Source: Candidatus Nanoarchaeia archaeon (GTDB lineage Archaea; Nanobdellota; Nanobdellia; Woesearchaeales; GW2011-AR4). From it: 64,000 nucleotides of DNA. The position numbers were made by a program, and so were the translations under genes. The notes under the pieces were generated by a model. It was not told the origin of the DNA, made no database searches, and was given only the letters and a program-made list of their open reading frames with translations. The stretch lies in NCBI GenBank assembly GCA_035288865.1, contig DATDZA010000035.1, positions 6,758-70,757 of the forward strand, given 5' to 3'. Below are positions 61,224 to 64,000 of this stretch, piece after piece; position 1 is the first letter of the stretch; each line of letters starts with the position of its first letter.

Positions 61224-62705
61224 TTATCTTATTCTATATCTTATTCCTTCCGGATCTATTTCATTTAAGATTTTAATATCTTTATCTGTTAATTCACTTA
61301 ATTTTTTAGCATTTACGTCTTCCAAGTCAAATCCAGTATTATCCTTAATTTCCCAGATACTTGAAACTGGGTAATATCCCAGAATTTCCGGTTTTTTGCC
61401 GAGCTTCAATATTCCGAGATTGCTTATGACTATTGTGTCATTATCTGAGCTCGTAGTTATAAAATCAACTTTATCGACAAAAGTTCTCTTTGAATGATTT
61501 TGAGTTGTTATGATAGTTCTTTTACATAAATTCCTTAAAGTAACGGCGCCTGCAGGGCCAGGAAGCTTGACTTTTGGCTTTTTATAATCGCCTATGCATG
61601 TTATGTTCGCCTCGCCTTTTTTTGAAATTTGAACTGCGCCAAAAAACATCAAGTCTATGTCCCCTTTTAGCGCAAAATCCCAAACTTTGTCAAGCTCTAT
61701 GAATGAATCTTTTCTTTCAAGCGCATTTACTGTCACAGAAGAATACGCTGGGCTCTTGATGTCGGGGTTGATTGCGCCGCTTCCGCAGTTAAAATAATTA
61801 AATTTCTTGCCTAATTTTCTTGCAAACATTGTTGCCAGCATCGGCAATGGTGAAGCTACCCCAGTTGCAACCGATTTATTGTCTATTATGAAATCTGCCA
61901 AAGTTGTAATTATATAATCAGTCTGTTTTTTTTCAATTTCATTCTTTGCAGGTTTTTCATTTCCATTATTTTTTCCATTACTCAGATATTCACGTATTTT
62001 TTTTGCATCATAATTGTAGAATTTAAAACATGAAGTAGGCAATGCACCATTTTTTATTTCAACAATAAAATCAATTTTTTCTGCAGGAATAGTTATTTCT
62101 TCTAATTTATCAGCTATTTTTTCCACGCTGACAATAACCTTTTTGCTTGCTTTTGCAATCAGCTTATCAATCAAGGGGTCATTTATGAACACATTTCCTT
62201 TTCTGTCTGCATATTGGGCATGAATCAGAGCGAAATCAGGGTTCAGTGCATTTGTCATTATGCTTCCGCCGCTTTTTTTGTATTCATTAAATTTTAAGTA
62301 ATTTGTATTTTTAAATGAGGAAACTTCAATTTCATTTAGTCCTAATGCAGCGGCTTTCAAGGCTTGAATTATCTCCAGTATGTCCGTTTCTTTCCATTTA
62401 ATCAAACCATTTTCTATTGCTTTCCGCCAATTTGGGGCTATTACAAACCCGTCTTCATAAGAAAATCCATTGAATCCGAAAATGGCTTCTCTAACGCAGT
62501 TATTTTTTATCAAAACGTCTGCTGCAAGCGGGTTTGGAATGCTGATTATTTTAAGATTTTTTTTCTTTTGCCTTGCTATTTCAAAAATCAGCGCCATTGG
62601 AGCCCGATTCAACTCCATTCCCGAAAAGGTAATGAAGCTGCCGTCTTTAATTTTTTCAATAGCCTTCGCTAGTGTTGTAAATTCCATTTTAGGCCACAAT
62701 TTCAC
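61224..62705 (-). CDS. CoA-transferase, fused subunit A-like and B-like halves
   Basis: 493-aa ORF. The N-terminal half (...AIEKIKDGSFITFSG...DFALIHAQYADRKGNVFIN...) is like family I CoA-transferase alpha. The C-terminal half (...GSGAINPD...FFGAVQISKKGEANI...LPGPAGAVTL...) is like beta. Confidence 0.55.
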   Translation of the reverse strand: MKLWPKMEFTTLAKAIEKIKDGSFITFSGMELNRAPMALIFEIARQKKKNLKIISIPNPLAADVLIKNNCVREAIFGFNGFSYEDGFVIAPNWRKAIENGLIKWKETDILEIIQALKAAALGLNEIEVSSFKNTNYLKFNEYKKSGGSIMTNALNPDFALIHAQYADRKGNVFINDPLIDKLIAKASKKVIVSVEKIADKLEEITIPAEKIDFIVEIKNGALPTSCFKFYNYDAKKIREYLSNGKNNGNEKPAKNEIEKKQTDYIITTLADFIIDNKSVATGVASPLPMLATMFARKLGKKFNYFNCGSGAINPDIKSPAYSSVTVNALERKDSFIELDKVWDFALKGDIDLMFFGAVQISKKGEANITCIGDYKKPKVKLPGPAGAVTLRNLCKRTIITTQNHSKRTFVDKVDFITTSSDNDTIVISNLGILKLGKKPEILGYYPVSSIWEIKDNTGFDLEDVNAKKLSELTDKDIKILNEIDPEGIRYRIR

Positions 62706-63486
62706 TGTCCATATTTATTAGAAATCCTTCCTTGTCAATCTGCCTTAGTATTTTTAATTCATCCTTTGATGGCTCCTTGGTTATTTCAATATTTTTAGGC
62801 ACAATTGGCTGAAATCCAGTTTTATCGAGAACTTCCTGCAAATTTGAACTGGAATGGATTGATTTTATTCTCATAATTCCATTTTCAAAATCAAAAACAC
62901 AAAGGGGAGTTATGCAAAGCAGCGGGCCGCCGGCTATTCCATATTTTTTTCTTGTATTATAGCCGATGCTTGAAATATAATAAACTTCCTCGACAAATCT
63001 TCTTTTCGAGTGTTCCAAGCTGAAAATAAAATATTTTTTTGATAGCTGCGCAATAGAAGTTGTCCCGATTGAGCCCGGACCCCTGAATTTAAATTTCCTA
63101 TTTTCATCTTTTGTGCCGATTAAATTAGTGTTTCCTGATTTATCAATCTGCAGCCCTGAAACAAAAAAAGTATCACATAATTTATTTTGCTCATTTGGAT
63201 TTGCTATACTTAAAATCGAATCGTGTTTTTCATTATACTGCACAAGAAGATGCGACTTGCTATCAACATTTGAAGTCCAGGCTGCGGGATTTAATTCAAC
63301 CACATTATTTACACTTAAACCGTGCCTTATTTTCAGTTTTGGAGAATATAATTTCTGGGCAAGAAAAGCCGCGGCTAACGTGAATTCTGCATGCAGTCCA
63401 AATGCAACAGTATCATCATTTTTTAACTCTCTGGCTATCACGCACGCCAACAATTCCCCAATTGAGTGGTTTTTATTGATTTTCAT
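62689..63486 (-). CDS. CoA-transferase subunit B-like
   Basis: 265-aa ORF with ...ELLACVIARELKNDDTVAFGLH..., ...FVSGLQIDKSGNTNLIG... and ...RGPGSIGTTSIA.... Confidence 0.55.
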   Translation of the reverse strand: MKINKNHSIGELLACVIARELKNDDTVAFGLHAEFTLAAAFLAQKLYSPKLKIRHGLSVNNVVELNPAAWTSNVDSKSHLLVQYNEKHDSILSIANPNEQNKLCDTFFVSGLQIDKSGNTNLIGTKDENRKFKFRGPGSIGTTSIAQLSKKYFIFSLEHSKRRFVEEVYYISSIGYNTRKKYGIAGGPLLCITPLCVFDFENGIMRIKSIHSSSNLQEVLDKTGFQPIVPKNIEITKEPSKDELKILRQIDKEGFLINMDSEIVA

Positions 63487-63497
63487 TTTAATCTTAA

Positions 63498-64000
63498 TTA
63501 TTTATTCTTAAGTTTTAATGAATTTAATTCATTTTTTCCAATTAGTTTGATATAATCCTCATGATTTTTCATATTGAAAACGTATTTTTTAAGATAGTCA
63601 TTGAATTTTCTTTCTCTGCAGTACCTGGCATATTCTTTATAATGGTTTAAATCTGGAATATAAAATCCATTTGAAGCGCCAGGATGGGCTCCGAAGGGAA
63701 TCTCTATAACTTGCGCATTTCTTATAATTGTTCTTTCTGGATGCCGCATTATTGCCACGTTATTAACAATTTTTTCAACAGAACAAACCACTTTAGTTGA
63801 TGATTCTGCTAATTCCTGCTCGCAAAATAATCTTCCAAGAAAAATGTTATTTGGAAACTGCACGTTTCCTTTTGAGTCAGCAATTCCACAATGCAAAAAT
63901 GAAATATCAATATTTATCGGGGGAATTTTTAAATAATATTTTCCATTTATCTTTATTTCTTTAATATCCTCATTTAACCTCGGAATACTGCTTCCAAAAC
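63498..64000 (-). CDS. CoA-transferase subunit A-like (5' end beyond window end)
   Basis: The track ORF 63498-63896 starts at a TTG, but the frame stays open to the window edge. My translation upstream is FGSSIPRLNEDIKEIKINGKYYLKIPPINIDISFL-HCGIADSKGNVQF.... The pattern DISFLH...ADSKGN is typical of the alpha subunit. Confidence 0.55.
   Translation of the reverse strand, partial: FGSSIPRLNEDIKEIKINGKYYLKIPPINIDISFLHCGIADSKGNVQFPNNIFLGRLFCEQELAESSTKVVCSVEKIVNNVAIMRHPERTIIRNAQVIEIPFGAHPGASNGFYIPDLNHYKEYARYCRERKFNDYLKKYVFNMKNHEDYIKLIGKNELNSLKLKNK

Overview
Contiguous low-GC archaeal chromosome segment. All hallmark genes are archaeal: eL19, eL32, eS4, Orc1/Cdc6, PolD, MCM, TBP, aIF2-beta and RadA. 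The style (K/E-rich tails, very large surface proteins, AT-rich orphans) suggests a small-genome DPANN-like lineage, but that is inference only. Layout: (1) 1-12132, minus strand: ribosomal-protein super-operon uL3 to uL30, with aSUI1 and one inserted orphan. (2) 12133-12969: non-coding origin-like region, with ORB-like dyad plus G-string elements flanking an ~88% A+T stretch. It is followed by orc1/cdc6, PolD small subunit and PolD large subunit. (3) 19.3-27.4 kb: aIF2-beta, orphans, a SpoIIM-like membrane protein, a VOC protein, an OB-fold protein, MCM, TBP and Rpp30. (4) 27.5-49.7 kb: a 22-kb, same-strand, tightly packed locus of ~20 exported-protein genes. 14-16 carry type IV pilin-like (class III) leaders, three are very large Cys-rich proteins (up to 1974 aa), and two carry predicted wall-lytic domains (GH-A-like TIM barrel, VanY/M15 peptidase). 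No assembly ATPase, platform protein or prepilin peptidase lies inside the locus. This is my best candidate for a novel system, a surface filament or host-contact apparatus. (5) 49.7-53.8 kb: RPA, a decayed type I R-M/Bro-N remnant bracketed by a ~56-bp direct repeat, a PC4-like gene and RadA. (6) 54.0-57.8 kb: a bacterial-type sn-glycerol-3-phosphate ester-lipid cluster (HAD-IB, three tandem PlsC paralogues, GpsA). (7) uS2, LigT/ThpR, TRAM, an SDR and a CoA-transferase cluster. I recognised no rRNA, tRNA, CRISPR array, transposase or integrase by eye. All family assignments rest on motif recognition in the supplied translations; no database search was run.
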